NCBI GenBank assembly: GCA_965248195.1
Contig: CBDFIQ010000002.1
Location: forward strand, 3,232,001-3,296,000
DNA length: 64,000 nucleotides
Reading direction: 5' to 3'
Source of the DNA: Longimicrobiales bacterium
GTDB taxonomy: Bacteria > Gemmatimonadota > Gemmatimonadetes > Longimicrobiales > Gaopeijiaceae
The position numbers and the translations under genes were made by a program. Shown here piece by piece: positions 8,934-18,954 of this stretch (position 1 is the first letter of the stretch; every line of letters starts with the position of its first letter). The notes beneath the pieces were generated by a model that was not told the origin of the DNA, searched no databases, and worked only from the letters and a program-made list of their open reading frames with translations.

Positions 8934-10214
8934 GTGGCAGACGAGAAAACGAGCCAGTCCCCACAACTTCGAACCTTCGAGGATCTGGGCGTATCCGACG
9001 CGTTACGTGCCTCCATCGAGGCCCTCGGTTGGGAGCAACCGACTCCGATCCAGGTAAAGAGCATCCCGACCGGCCTAGCCGGGAACGATCTGGTGGGGAT
9101 CGCCCAGACCGGAACCGGGAAAACCGGTGCGTTCATGCTCCCCGCCTTGGAGAGAATCGAAACCGGGGGAGGGCTGCAGGTTCTGGTCCTCTGCCCCACG
9201 AGGGAATTAGCGCAGCAGGTGTGCGATGACACCGAAGCGCTCGCCAAAGGAACTCGGATTCGGGCGGCGGCGATCTACGGGGGAGTGGCGTACGACCCTC
9301 AATTGACCGCGCTCAAGAATGGCTTCGAGGTCATCACCGCGACCCCGGGCCGGTTCCTCGACCACCTCGGGCGTGGCAGGGTCGACCTGAAGAACGTGCG
9401 CACGTTTGTGCTCGATGAGGCGGACCGGATGCTCGACATGGGCTTCCGTCCGCAGATCGAGGGGGTGCTGCGCGAGGTTCCCAGGAAGCGGCAGACGATG
9501 CTGTTCTCGGCCACCATGCCCAATGGAGTCCATGATCTCGCTTCTCGTATTACCAGGGATGCGGTGTGGGTCGAGGCCGCTCCGTCGGGAACCAAGGCTG
9601 AGGGGATCACCGAGCTCGTGTACTCGGTCAAGCCCGAAATGAAGCCGGATCTGCTTCTTCGCCTTCTCGAGGACCCCGCATGGGAGCAAGTGCTCATCTT
9701 CACCCGCACAAAGGCTGGGGCGGATGCGCTGAAAACCCGGCTGGACCGGGAGGGCATCCGCACCGAGGCCCTGCACTCGAACCTTCGCATGGCCCACAGG
9801 ACGAGAGCGTTGGAACGATTCGCGCAGAAGAAAGTTCGCGTGCTGGTAGCCACGGACATCGCCCAGCGGGGTCTGGACGTCGAGGGGATCTCGCACGTCG
9901 TCAACTACGACGTACCAAGGGACCCCGAGGATTACACGCACCGCATCGGCCGGACCGCAAGGGCGGGCGCCGTCGGGACCGCCGTCACGTTCCTGGCCGC
10001 GGCCGACCTTGGCGCGTTCAAGTCGCTGACGTACCATATCGGGAGGGATCTGGAGCGCATCCATCTTCCTGATTTCGACTACACTGGCACGCCACAGGCC
10101 GTGTCGAGCGTATCGTCAACTCGTGGGCGGCACTCTCGTTCCCCGACGGGCATGGGGTCTCGTGACGCCGACGATCTGACCGATGAAGAGTTGGCGGATC
10201 TTTTGAAGTTTTGA
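8934..10214 (+). CDS. ATP-dependent DEAD-box RNA helicase (RhlE-like)
   Basis: AQTGTGKT, PTRELA, DEAD, SAT, HRIGRTAR all intact. Confidence 0.96.
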   Translation: MADEKTSQSPQLRTFEDLGVSDALRASIEALGWEQPTPIQVKSIPTGLAGNDLVGIAQTGTGKTGAFMLPALERIETGGGLQVLVLCPTRELAQQVCDDTEALAKGTRIRAAAIYGGVAYDPQLTALKNGFEVITATPGRFLDHLGRGRVDLKNVRTFVLDEADRMLDMGFRPQIEGVLREVPRKRQTMLFSATMPNGVHDLASRITRDAVWVEAAPSGTKAEGITELVYSVKPEMKPDLLLRLLEDPAWEQVLIFTRTKAGADALKTRLDREGIRTEALHSNLRMAHRTRALERFAQKKVRVLVATDIAQRGLDVEGISHVVNYDVPRDPEDYTHRIGRTARAGAVGTAVTFLAAADLGAFKSLTYHIGRDLERIHLPDFDYTGTPQAVSSVSSTRGRHSRSPTGMGSRDADDLTDEELADLLKF

Positions 10215-10247
10215 TCCCCAAGGTCGACTCGAACCCCATGACTTGAG

Positions 10248-10655
10248 ATGATCCTACGTCGATACGGCACGACCATAAGAAGCGTCGAAACGAACTTCGA
10301 CTCCAAGGCCCTCACTGAGATCGGGTTCCGGCGAGATCACGCCTTTTCTGCGCCGGCCGACGACTTCTTGGCTGGGCACGAACGGGTTTCAGGCCACCTT
10401 CTCGTGGCCGAGTCCGAAGGGGATGTGCAGGACGAAGTCGAATCGGCGATGCTCCAGCAGCTGCTCGATCAGCTTCTGAAAATCGAAGACGATTTGGCCG
10501 AGGGCGAGCTTGTCGTCGTGGAGAGTGAGCAGGGCCAGGACTACCCGAAGACGCGTACCCGGCAGAAAAATGTGGTCGTGGACGGAGAGAATCGCCTCTA
10601 CTTTTTCTCCAGCGTATCCCCGCCGCTGAAGGTGGCCGTGTTCAGAGCCCGTTAG
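10248..10655 (+). CDS. Hypothetical protein (135 aa)
   Basis: Co-oriented after the helicase; natural codon usage. Confidence 0.75.
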   Translation: MILRRYGTTIRSVETNFDSKALTEIGFRRDHAFSAPADDFLAGHERVSGHLLVAESEGDVQDEVESAMLQQLLDQLLKIEDDLAEGELVVVESEQGQDYPKTRTRQKNVVVDGENRLYFFSSVSPPLKVAVFRAR

Positions 10656-10811
10656 GCTCCTGCAACCCTTTGAAACCGTTCGGCGTCCAATTCCGTAGAG
10701 GTGGATGGGTGGTAGGGGATGTGGGTGGTTTCGAAAGCGGCGGAGTCGGTTCGGGACGCTGTGCGGACGTGGGGTGATGATGTGGGAAGGCGTAAATGGC
10801 TTCGGCGCCTA

Positions 10812-10851
10812 GGCCCGGTCGGCTCATCGAGTCGGCCGGGTTCTTTTTTTT
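10812..10851 (+). terminator. Intrinsic terminator
   Basis: GGCCCGGTCGGCTC-ATC-GAGTCGGCCGGGTT plus T8. Confidence 0.8.
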
Positions 10852-10890
10852 GGGTGCGGTAAGTGGCTCGCGAACTTCTGGGACACCACA

Positions 10891-11883
10891 CTAGAGTGCC
10901 AAGGCCGCCGGGTAGCCTCCGGTGTGCCAGAGGACCATCCGATCCTCTGGTGGTATGCGGCCATTCTGGGCCCAGTCCAGCATGGCCGCGGCAGTCTTGG
11001 CCGTATACGCGGGGTCGAGCAAGACACCTTCGGTACGGGCGAGTACAGCGGTCGCCTCCTCCGATGCGTCGGAATGGATTCCGTACCCTGGGCCGACGTA
11101 GTCGTCCGTGGGGTGGAGCAAACCCGGGAGGAGTGGGGTTTGTGTTCCGAGCAGCGCGCCGGCACGGCTCACGAGTCCCTCGGTCAACTCCAGCATTTCG
11201 ACTCGGCTGATGTCGGGGCTCACGCCCACCAACCTCACATCCGTTCGCTCCAGGAGCGTGAACCCCAACGCCAATCCAGCGTACGTGCCGCACGAAGAAG
11301 CCGAAACGAAGATCCAGGTGTCCCCGGCGTGGGGACGGTCACGGAGTTGGACATCGATCTCGGTGGCAGCGCGTACGTATCCCAGTGAGCCGAGAGGGGT
11401 CGAAGCACCGAGAGGGATCACAACGGCGTGGCCCCCGCCCGCTTCGACCTCGGCGGCCACCTCGGCCATGGTCGGTGCCCGCTCTTTCTGCGAGGGGACC
11501 GGCCGGATCTCCGCCCCAAAGAGTCGATGGAGATACGCGTTCCCCTTGTAGGGAGGTGACGTGTCACCGTTGACCACGAGCACGCACTTCAACCCGAGGC
11601 GTGCCGCCGCTGCGGCCGTCAGTCGGGCGTGATTCGACTGGGCCCCCCCGCAGGTGATCACATGGGTGGCACCCTTCAGGCGGTCGGGAGCCAACTCGAA
11701 CTCGAGCTTCCTTGCCTTGTTCCCGCCCAGCCCAAATCCCGACTCGGCGTCCATCTTCAACAGCACGTCCGCCGGAGCCCGGCCGAGCCGTTGGGCCAGG
11801 TTCGGTGCCTCGATCAAAGGGGTCGGTTCCCGGACGAAGGGAGTACGGGGCCACTCCTGGAGCCTGGTGAGCATGCCGTTCAA
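10891..11883 (-). CDS. D-cysteine desulfhydrase / ACC deaminase family PLP enzyme
   Basis: GGNKARKLE, GGAQSNHAR, GVLLDPAYTAK, WHTGG. Confidence 0.93.
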   Translation of the reverse strand: MNGMLTRLQEWPRTPFVREPTPLIEAPNLAQRLGRAPADVLLKMDAESGFGLGGNKARKLEFELAPDRLKGATHVITCGGAQSNHARLTAAAAARLGLKCVLVVNGDTSPPYKGNAYLHRLFGAEIRPVPSQKERAPTMAEVAAEVEAGGGHAVVIPLGASTPLGSLGYVRAATEIDVQLRDRPHAGDTWIFVSASSCGTYAGLALGFTLLERTDVRLVGVSPDISRVEMLELTEGLVSRAGALLGTQTPLLPGLLHPTDDYVGPGYGIHSDASEEATAVLARTEGVLLDPAYTAKTAAAMLDWAQNGRIPPEDRMVLWHTGGYPAALAL

Positions 11884-11975
11884 CGCTCTCCCCCTTCGGT
11901 GGTGGTGCAGCTTGCCCCGTCCACGGAGGCGGTGCCACCCGGGCTCACACGCCCGGGCTCGCCTTCACTGGACGG

Positions 11976-12665
11976 TCAGCGGGCGGGTGCCGGAATCACG
12001 AAGATCCCGTCAGCGAGTTCGGAACCGATGACCTCCTCGTCCCCTCGAATCCCAACGGATACGGTCGTGGGTCCGTCGAAGGGCGCTCTCTCCCGGACGG
12101 TGATCCGCACTCCCGGCACCAGGCCTAAAGTCTCCAGATAACGAAGGCGGTCAGGATCTTCATCCTGCACGGCCCGGATCTGCACGGCCACACCAGGAGC
12201 GACTTCGTTGAGCGTCACGAATCCAGCGACCTCGATTTCGCCGGATGGGGTAGGGATTGGAGCACCGTGAGGATCGTGGCTCGGGTGCTCAAGAATGGCG
12301 GCCATGCGATCGATCAACGCGTCGGATGCGGCGTGCTCCAATCGTTCGGCCTCCTGATGGACGTCCTCCCACGAGTAGCCAAGATGCATGTGCAGATAGG
12401 TTTCGAGGATCCGGTGTCTCCGGATGATCCGTAGGGCTTCGCGCGATCCCGACTCGGTGAGCCGAACGCCGTGGTACCGGGCGTGCTCCACGTACCCGCA
12501 CTCGGCGAGACGTTTGACCATTCCGGTGACGGAAGCCGGCTGTACGGAGAGGCTCTCGGCCAGCGCGCTCGTCGAGGCAGATTCCTCTCTCTCCGTGAGC
12601 GCGTAGACGGCCTTCAGGTAGTCTTCTACCGAGCGGGTAAGGCGGGGTTCGGGAGCCTGGTCCAT
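11976..12665 (-). CDS. DtxR/MntR family metal-dependent regulator with FeoA domain
   Basis: SVEDYLKAVY, RRHRILETYL, EAERLEH, DPHGAPIP, C-terminal SH3-like domain. Confidence 0.95.
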   Translation of the reverse strand: MDQAPEPRLTRSVEDYLKAVYALTEREESASTSALAESLSVQPASVTGMVKRLAECGYVEHARYHGVRLTESGSREALRIIRRHRILETYLHMHLGYSWEDVHQEAERLEHAASDALIDRMAAILEHPSHDPHGAPIPTPSGEIEVAGFVTLNEVAPGVAVQIRAVQDEDPDRLRYLETLGLVPGVRITVRERAPFDGPTTVSVGIRGDEEVIGSELADGIFVIPAPAR

Positions 12666-12772
12666 GTGTAAACATGGGACCGGTCACGCAGCGTGGGAAG
12701 GCCGATGCGTGGCCTCGGCCATTCGAGGTTCGACGATTCGCGTGGCCTTTCGGGACCCGGTAAGATAGCTCC

Positions 12773-13186
12773 ATGGACTACGAGAAAATTACCGAGGGGA
12801 TTCGCGTGTCGGTTCGTCCGAGTTTCTCCTTTCCGTACTCGGACCCGGAGGAAGGAAGGTTTGTCTTTACGTATCTGGTGGAGATGGAGAACCAGGGCGA
12901 GGAGGTGGCTCAGCTTCTTTTTCGTCACTGGTACATTCACGACAGCCGGGGTGAGGATTCGGAGGTCGATGGTGAGGGGGTCGTAGGGGAGCAGCCCACA
13001 CTGGCCCCAGGGAGGTCGCATGTCTACCAGAGCTTTTGCGTCTTGCGGTCCCCGGAAGGTTTCATGGAAGGATACTTTACCTTCGTCCGCCCCACGGGTG
13101 AGGAATTTCGGGTCCCCGTCCCAAGGTTCGAACTGAGAGCTCCGCGGACGGTCGGGAAGGCTCCCGAATCGGACCTGATGAATTGA
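12773..13186 (+). CDS. apaG: ApaG protein
   Basis: QLLFRHWYI, VDGEGVVGEQP, GFMEGYF. Confidence 0.95.
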   Translation: MDYEKITEGIRVSVRPSFSFPYSDPEEGRFVFTYLVEMENQGEEVAQLLFRHWYIHDSRGEDSEVDGEGVVGEQPTLAPGRSHVYQSFCVLRSPEGFMEGYFTFVRPTGEEFRVPVPRFELRAPRTVGKAPESDLMN

Positions 13187-13269
13187 AGTCCGGGTGCCAT
13201 GAGTGCCTCGTTTGGACCCGGAGGTGAAAACAGCTAGTTTCAACAGATTTCGCGCTTGAGGCGTAACCG

Positions 13270-13470
13270 TTGTCCGGGGAGGTGCAGTTGTCGGATTCAG
13301 TCGCTGTTGACGCCAAGCGCATACTTTTGCGCTATGGCGCCCCGATCAATGTCCTTGACGAGGTCTCGGACGAGGATCGGATCACCTTGGCCCGTGCGAT
13401 CGCCAAGACCAATCTTGCGGACCGGGAAACCCGGCTCAAGGAGCTTCTCGCGGAGCAAGGGCACGGGTAG
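13270..13470 (+). CDS. Small hypothetical protein (60-66 aa; start may be TTG 13288)
   Basis: GGAGGT SD; helical amphipathic sequence. Confidence 0.6.
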   Translation: MSGEVQLSDSVAVDAKRILLRYGAPINVLDEVSDEDRITLARAIAKTNLADRETRLKELLAEQGHG

Positions 13471-13518
13471 TAGGACTCCCTCAAGTACCGAAACGCCCCT
13501 GTCATCCAACGGTGCCAC

Positions 13519-16281
13519 TCAAAGCGACGGGGTCTCGGCGCCTGCGAAATCCCCGGCTTTGACGAACGTCATCTTATTCAAATCGAGATGGCGGCGTACC
13601 GCAGCGTTGACATCCTCGACCGCCAGGTCCCCGATCCGATCCTCGAATTCGGAGTCCCACACGAGGGTTCGATCGAAGTACAGCCCCTGACTCAGCATAC
13701 TCACTAAGCTTCGGTCCTGGGCCCGTGCGAGCTCCCGCGACTGCAAGTAACCCCGCTTCGCCACCTCCAACTCTCCGTCGGCGAACCCGGCGTCCAAGAC
13801 CCTCTGGATCTCCTCGCGGAGGGCCGCCTCGACTCTATCTGCGTTTTCCGGTGCCTGAATGGCTACAGCGGAGAACGAGCCGTTTTCGTCGATGGGATGT
13901 CCGCCGATCCCTCCGCCGACGCTATAGCTGAGACCATCCTGCTGCCGAATCCGCACTGCGAGGCGGGAGTTCATGACTCCGCCACCGATCATATACCCTG
14001 CCAGAATCAGTGCCGGGTAGTCAGGATCGTCATCCCGGAGGGCTAAATTCTGCTGGGCGAACAGAAACGCGTTGGCCTTGTCCGGCGTCTCGATCTGAAG
14101 AACCTCCGCGGGTGCGTCAAAGAACTCGGTGAGGATTCGGGTGGCGGGAAACGGGCTCTCCCAGTCTCCGAAGACCTCCTCGATGACCCCACGGATCTCG
14201 TCGGGATCGAAGTCACCGACGACCGCGAACGTGCCGAGCTGCGGTCCGTAAAAGTCGCGGTGGAAGGCCCTCGTCTCGTCGAGCGTAACAGCCTCCAGTG
14301 CGGCCACGCTCTCATCTACCGTAGGGGTGTAGTTCGGATGCCCTGGAGGTGCGGGGTTCATGTGCCGCCCCATGGCGGTTTGCGCCAGGGCCGCTGGATC
14401 CGAGCGCCGCTGCTCCAGAGCGGCGAGTCGCTGCTCCTTTAGCGTCTCGAACTCAACCTCGGGGAAGGTGGGCTCTCGAACGATCTCGGCCATCAGGCGC
14501 AGGGCGTCACCCAGGTTCTCACGGATGGTCTGGACGCCTCCGAATGCCTGGCTCAGGGATCCGCCCACGGAGCCGGTGGCCTGCATCCGGTCGAACTCGT
14601 CCTGGATCTGTTGACGCGTATGGCCGGACGAGCCGCGCATGAGCATCTGCCCGGCGAGGGATCCTGCCGTTCCCCGGCCCGTGAGGGCCTCCTCGTCCCC
14701 TAGGATCACACGAAAGCGTGCGTTCACCGTCTGACCCCTGGTAGCCTTCGGGAGGAGTGCGACCTTCATGCCGTTGGCGAGAGTATACCGGGTGGTGCGT
14801 CGCTCGATATTCGATGGTGAGGGGTCGAACGCCTCTCCGGCTGCTACGGCCTCTCGACCCGTATATCCGTCCAGTGCGGAGGCGATGTCGGGAAGATCAG
14901 GGACTTCGGCCCGGTCCGGTGCGTCGGTAGGGTAGAAGAAGCCGACCGTGCGGTTGTCGGGCTTGAGGTACTCAGCGGCGACACGGTGTACATCCGCCGG
15001 CTCCACCGCGTCGATCCGGTCTCGGTGTAAAAAGAAGAGACGCCAATCGCCCAGGGAAGCCCACTCGCTGAGTTGCAGGGCGATCCTCTCGGGGTTGTTG
15101 AATGTTTGCTCCACGCTGTTGAGTAGGGACGTCTTGGCCCGGTCGACCTCTTCTTCAGTAACCGGAATGCGGAGAGCGTCGACGAGGACCTCATTCATTG
15201 CTGTGACCGCCGCCGACAGGTCGTCTTCGGTTCTCACTTGCGCGAATGTGAGGAGAGGACCGGCCTCCCGGAGCTGGTATGCGAAGGAGCCGGTGGACGC
15301 CGCCAGCCCGGGTTCGACCAGACTTCGATACAGGCGTCCGGAGGGCTGGTCCCCGAGAGCCTGGGCCAGGATGTCGATCGCTGCGTAGTCCGGGTGGGAG
15401 CCAGGGGGCACATGGTGCGACATCATCACGATTTGCACGTCGCCCACTCGGCGGAGCGTGACCGTGCGCTCCCCATCTTGAACGGGCTCGCGGGTGTAGG
15501 TTTCCCACAAGGTGTTCTCACCGCTTCGATCTGGGCGCGGAAGACGGCCGAAGCTTTTGGCGATCAGCTCCAGGGCCCGTTCCGTTTCGAACTTGCCCGT
15601 CACGATGAGCAGCGCGTTGTCCGGCTGGTAATACTTCCGATAGAAGGCCTGGAGGCGGTCGATGGGCACGCTCTCCACATCAGAGCGGGCGCCGATGACA
15701 CCTTTCCCGTAGTTGTGCCACAAGTAGGCCGTAGCGAGGGTACGCCCGAGGAGCACACCGAACGGGCTGTTTTCCCCGGATTCCATCTCGTTCCGGACCA
15801 CGGTCATCTCCGAGTCCAAATCATCCTGGGCGATGAAGGAGTTGACCATACGATCCGCTTCGAGGTCCAGGGCCCACTCCAGATTCTCGTCGGTGCTCGG
15901 AAAGGTCTCGAAGTAGTTGGTACGATCGAAGGAGGTAGTCCCATTGGGGCGTGCCCCGTGCTCCGTCAGCTCCTCATCGATATTCGGGTGATCGGGGGTT
16001 CCCTGAAACACCAGATGCTCCAGGAGATGGGCCATGCCGGTCTCGCCGTAGGCCTCGTGCCGTGAGCCGACGAAGTAAGTGACGTTGACGGTCGCGGTGG
16101 GCTTACTGGCATCCGGGAAGAGGAGGAATCGTAATCCGTTGTCGAGGCTGTACTCGGTGATCCCCTCCACCTGCGTGATCTGCGTGACTTCTTGCCCCGC
16201 GGCCGGAGTGACGACCATGAAGGTCAAGAAGGTCAGCGCCGTCAGGCGGCGGTACCCGGATCGGACGTGACGAAGGGACAT
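13519..16281 (-). CDS. Secreted M16 family zinc peptidase (PqqL/pitrilysin-like, two modules)
   Basis: Signal peptide; GMAHLLEHL (HxxEH); NGTTSFDRTNY; RQQDGLSY. Confidence 0.95.
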   Translation of the reverse strand: MSLRHVRSGYRRLTALTFLTFMVVTPAAGQEVTQITQVEGITEYSLDNGLRFLLFPDASKPTATVNVTYFVGSRHEAYGETGMAHLLEHLVFQGTPDHPNIDEELTEHGARPNGTTSFDRTNYFETFPSTDENLEWALDLEADRMVNSFIAQDDLDSEMTVVRNEMESGENSPFGVLLGRTLATAYLWHNYGKGVIGARSDVESVPIDRLQAFYRKYYQPDNALLIVTGKFETERALELIAKSFGRLPRPDRSGENTLWETYTREPVQDGERTVTLRRVGDVQIVMMSHHVPPGSHPDYAAIDILAQALGDQPSGRLYRSLVEPGLAASTGSFAYQLREAGPLLTFAQVRTEDDLSAAVTAMNEVLVDALRIPVTEEEVDRAKTSLLNSVEQTFNNPERIALQLSEWASLGDWRLFFLHRDRIDAVEPADVHRVAAEYLKPDNRTVGFFYPTDAPDRAEVPDLPDIASALDGYTGREAVAAGEAFDPSPSNIERRTTRYTLANGMKVALLPKATRGQTVNARFRVILGDEEALTGRGTAGSLAGQMLMRGSSGHTRQQIQDEFDRMQATGSVGGSLSQAFGGVQTIRENLGDALRLMAEIVREPTFPEVEFETLKEQRLAALEQRRSDPAALAQTAMGRHMNPAPPGHPNYTPTVDESVAALEAVTLDETRAFHRDFYGPQLGTFAVVGDFDPDEIRGVIEEVFGDWESPFPATRILTEFFDAPAEVLQIETPDKANAFLFAQQNLALRDDDPDYPALILAGYMIGGGVMNSRLAVRIRQQDGLSYSVGGGIGGHPIDENGSFSAVAIQAPENADRVEAALREEIQRVLDAGFADGELEVAKRGYLQSRELARAQDRSLVSMLSQGLYFDRTLVWDSEFEDRIGDLAVEDVNAAVRRHLDLNKMTFVKAGDFAGAETPSL

Positions 16282-16352
16282 GGCTCCCTCCTCCTCGATT
16301 AGGCGCCCCTCGGGCGCCGTCGGAAAATGTTGTTCGGCTCAGGCGCGACCTC

Positions 16353-18089
16353 TCAGAGCCCGCCCCCCGCCGCCTCCGTGGAACACACCTCTAGAGTACG
16401 TAGACGATTGAGAGCGGCAGCGAGTTCCATCGGGCGGAATTGAGCCAGATCGCCGACTCTCCGATCGTCCAGTTCGTCTAGTCCTCCCTCCTCGATCACC
16501 TGCGTGACGAGGGTCAGAATCTCGCTCACGGAACGCCGCCCGTCCATGAACCGGTCACGGGCCATGAGCAACCCGCGGCCCACGGCGAGCGTCTGCGCGC
16601 GAGACACGAGTTGGGTGACGGCGGAAAGGGCGATCGTCTCGTTTCCGAAAACCAGGGAAGGTCCGCTGAAAACTTTGACCTCCGCTTCCCGCTTTGCGGT
16701 GCTGGGATCGACCGAGGTGGGCTTCGGACGCCGCGTCTGGAAGGCTTCGATCGGTCCCGGCGCCTCCCTCTCCCGACCGGTTGGAAGCTCCGACGCGCCG
16801 CGCCGGGCGTCCGCGGTCACGTCGAAGGGGCGGAAGTCCCTCATGGCGACGACCGTGTCGGCGACATCCAGATAATCGCCGCTCCCGCCGAGAACGATCA
16901 TGCAACTGACGCCGCGTGACTCCCACAGGGATCTGACCCGGTCCACCAAAGGCGTAATGGGCTCTCCCTCCTTGGGGACCAGCGCCTGCATTCGCCGATC
17001 GCGGATCATGAAGTTGGTGGCCGCGGTGTCTTCGTCGATCAGCAGGGTGGTCGCTCCGGCCTCGAGCGCCTCCACAATGCCAGCCGCCTGACTCGTGGAA
17101 CCGGATGCATTGAGCGTGGAGAATGAGCGGGTGTCCTGTCCTTGAGGCAGCGTGCCGATGAAGGTGGAAATGTCGACCCCGGCCACGGAACGGCCGTCTT
17201 CGGCCCTGACTTTTACCGCCGAGTCATCCGTCACCACGGACTCCCGGCCGTCTCCGTGGCAATGATTATACACACCACGTTCGATAGCCCGAAGCAAGGT
17301 ACTCTTTCCGTGGTAGCCGCCTCCCACGATCAGCGTGACACCGCGGGGAATTGCCATTCCGCGAATCGTGCCGGCGTTCGGGAGCTCGACCTCCTCCGTC
17401 AGTCCGGCCGGCGCGGAAAACGGGACCGCGGTGTCCCCGAGCAGGGGCCGGTCATCCACACCACTCTTTCGCGCCAATTTCGCGCCATCTGCGACGAAGG
17501 CGACCCAGTGGCGTGTGCCCAACTCCGCGCGCAACGCGTCTGCGTCCTCGTTGGTGAGCGCGTGCTGCAGGATGTCCTGATGTCCCACGGATCCGGCGCG
17601 AAGGCTCTGACCCACGACCGCGGGAACGTCCGTGGTAAGCAGCGCGATCGCCTCACGCCCGCGTGCTCGCCGCCCCTGTGCCGGTAGCCCGATCCGGAAG
17701 CGGGCCTCCACCGTGCCGTCGTCTTCGACGATGACGGCGGTCTGCGCCAATACCTCCTGGCCCGGAGTCTCGATCTCAATGAGGCCGCTCTTGCCGCTTC
17801 CCCGCCGGACCATGGTTCCCTGTGCCGCTTCATGGAAACGCCGGGCGAGCAGACTAGCGACGCCCAGCCTCCTCGAACGGGAGGAGAGCACGTCGTCCTC
17901 GAGCGCGGCCGCCTCCCTGGGAAGAATCACTCGCACCCGACTCGGCAAGGCGAACGGGTCACCCTGGACGTGGTCCACATGCAGGGCGAAGTCTTCAAAG
18001 GCCCACGTGCCTCGCAACCCCTTGTAGGCCTTGTATCCTTGTCCGTCGATTCCCTTGAGGAAACCGATCAGAGCGTCCACGGTGTTCAT
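16353..18089 (-). CDS. ABC-class ATPase domain protein (predicted ATPase family)
   Basis: HVQGDPFA, GGGYHGKST, RAEDGR, ASGSTSQA, LLIDEDTAATNFMIRD. Confidence 0.9.
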   Translation of the reverse strand: MNTVDALIGFLKGIDGQGYKAYKGLRGTWAFEDFALHVDHVQGDPFALPSRVRVILPREAAALEDDVLSSRSRRLGVASLLARRFHEAAQGTMVRRGSGKSGLIEIETPGQEVLAQTAVIVEDDGTVEARFRIGLPAQGRRARGREAIALLTTDVPAVVGQSLRAGSVGHQDILQHALTNEDADALRAELGTRHWVAFVADGAKLARKSGVDDRPLLGDTAVPFSAPAGLTEEVELPNAGTIRGMAIPRGVTLIVGGGYHGKSTLLRAIERGVYNHCHGDGRESVVTDDSAVKVRAEDGRSVAGVDISTFIGTLPQGQDTRSFSTLNASGSTSQAAGIVEALEAGATTLLIDEDTAATNFMIRDRRMQALVPKEGEPITPLVDRVRSLWESRGVSCMIVLGGSGDYLDVADTVVAMRDFRPFDVTADARRGASELPTGREREAPGPIEAFQTRRPKPTSVDPSTAKREAEVKVFSGPSLVFGNETIALSAVTQLVSRAQTLAVGRGLLMARDRFMDGRRSVSEILTLVTQVIEEGGLDELDDRRVGDLAQFRPMELAAALNRLRTLEVCSTEAAGGGL

Positions 18090-18153
18090 CGGAGCCCATC
18101 CGACCCCTGGGGCTCGCGCCGGTTCCAGGATGGCCTACTGGTGCGGAGCTGCT

Positions 18154-18819
18154 CTAGTCCTCCCGCTCCTTCCACTGAAAGCCTGGTGGATTCTTGGACA
18201 CGAGCCACGAGAGGTACCATGGGCGTGGCGTCTGATAAGGCTTCTTAGCCCCGGGCCCTGGCTTGAGACTCATCCCCTCTCCCAACGGGAGCGGGGGCGG
18301 CTTGAGTTCCCTCGAGCGACTAAGTGGAACCTCGGGTGGGGCGGGGTCTGTGGGCTCGATTGGCTTTTCGTCGGCCCGCCTGTCGGACCAGGGCCACTGG
18401 TTGGGTCGGGATGCGCTCCCACCGCGACGGTCCGACCGCCAGTAGAATATCGGGACCTCCTCGACCTCCGGGTCTCCCCAGCTGAATCCGGATTCATGAT
18501 CGGCCGGCGGATCCAGAGGACCCAGGTCGAGCCCGCGGCGTCCTGGACCCTCCCAGCCGCAACGGGGGCACCACCGCCATTGAACCCAACGCGAAAGGAC
18601 TCTCAAAAGTCTCCGGAGGACCACGGGGTTAGTGGCGCCTCCGCAGTGTGGGCACAGTCGTCCACCCGGGAGCGCCAGATAAGCCACAGAGGCGGTGACC
18701 ACGAGCAGCATCGAGAGGATTCCTACAAGTGAAACCAGAACAATCACGAGTTCGCCCGTTGAAAAGCCGCTATCGACATCCAATAAAAATACTATGGCCT
18801 CCGCGAGAGAGTCCAGCAA
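18154..18819 (-). CDS. Membrane-anchored zinc-ribbon protein with Pro-rich tail
   Basis: One TM segment, CPHC...CPRC, low-complexity C-terminus; start uncertain. Confidence 0.6.
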   Translation of the reverse strand: MLDSLAEAIVFLLDVDSGFSTGELVIVLVSLVGILSMLLVVTASVAYLALPGGRLCPHCGGATNPVVLRRLLRVLSRWVQWRWCPRCGWEGPGRRGLDLGPLDPPADHESGFSWGDPEVEEVPIFYWRSDRRGGSASRPNQWPWSDRRADEKPIEPTDPAPPEVPLSRSRELKPPPLPLGEGMSLKPGPGAKKPYQTPRPWYLSWLVSKNPPGFQWKERED

Positions 18820-18954
18820 ATCTTCCGTGCCCGTGCGCGAGCGCTTGCGTTACCTTCTTGGTACCTGGGGTGCTCATCTCCGGGATGACCCCACCGGGGA
18901 TCCGGTGGCCCTTTCTTTTGGGTTCGACCACCTGAGCCGTCTCCCGACCAGAGC

